Shown: positions 63,794 to 64,000 of the stretch, piece by piece
Position numbering within the stretch: position 1 is the first letter of the stretch
Layout: each line of letters opens with the position of its first letter
From: Eledone cirrhosa
Lineage: Eukaryota
DNA: 64,000 nt
Direction: 5' to 3'
NCBI GenBank assembly: GCA_964016885.1
Contig: OZ024743.1
Span: 365,428,001 to 365,492,000 of the forward strand
Notes under the pieces: generated by a model
The model's input: only the letters and a program-made list of their open reading frames with translations
What the model was told of the DNA's origin: nothing
Database searches by the model: none
Position numbers and translations under genes: made by a program

Positions 63794-64000
63794 AATTTCG
63801 CTATGAATATTGAAAGGCTGACGGCCAGCACTGTCTAGCGTATTCCAGCAGAAGCAGGGAGGGATACTTGCCTATACGTATTTCGAACTTAATGGCTCTA
63901 ATCGGGACTGTGCTTCTTTGCTGCCTTCTGTTGGAACTTGAAAACAGGCGAGAATATATAGTATTTTCGCCTGTGTAGGTGAGCTGATTAGTCTCATTTG

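Overview
Eukaryotic, AT-rich, microsatellite-dense DNA with no recognisable host gene. The repeat landscape suggests an animal, plausibly a cephalopod mollusc, but that is inference only. Positions 1-28.6 kb are a near-continuous train of non-LTR retroelements joined by short (AAT)5-9 runs. It holds two degenerate R4/Dong-like elements with a restriction-like endonuclease on +, and four L1/Tx1-like elements (ORF1 + APE-RT) on -. One Tx1 copy is fully intact and sits next to a near-identical copy. Two tRNA-derived SINEs in the train have 3' tails resembling the Tx1 tail. The rest of the window holds a 5'-truncated Penelope-like element (RT + GIY-YIG) with an inverted pLTR, and many small (TA)n-embedded elements carrying type I hammerhead ribozyme motifs and fold-back palindromes. 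It also holds a second train of short RTE-derived elements in (CATA)n, dispersed SINEs, a hAT-like MITE, a CRE fragment and long compound microsatellites. Most short ORFs in the track are antisense shadows or microsatellite artefacts. All alignments and RNA folds were done by eye.
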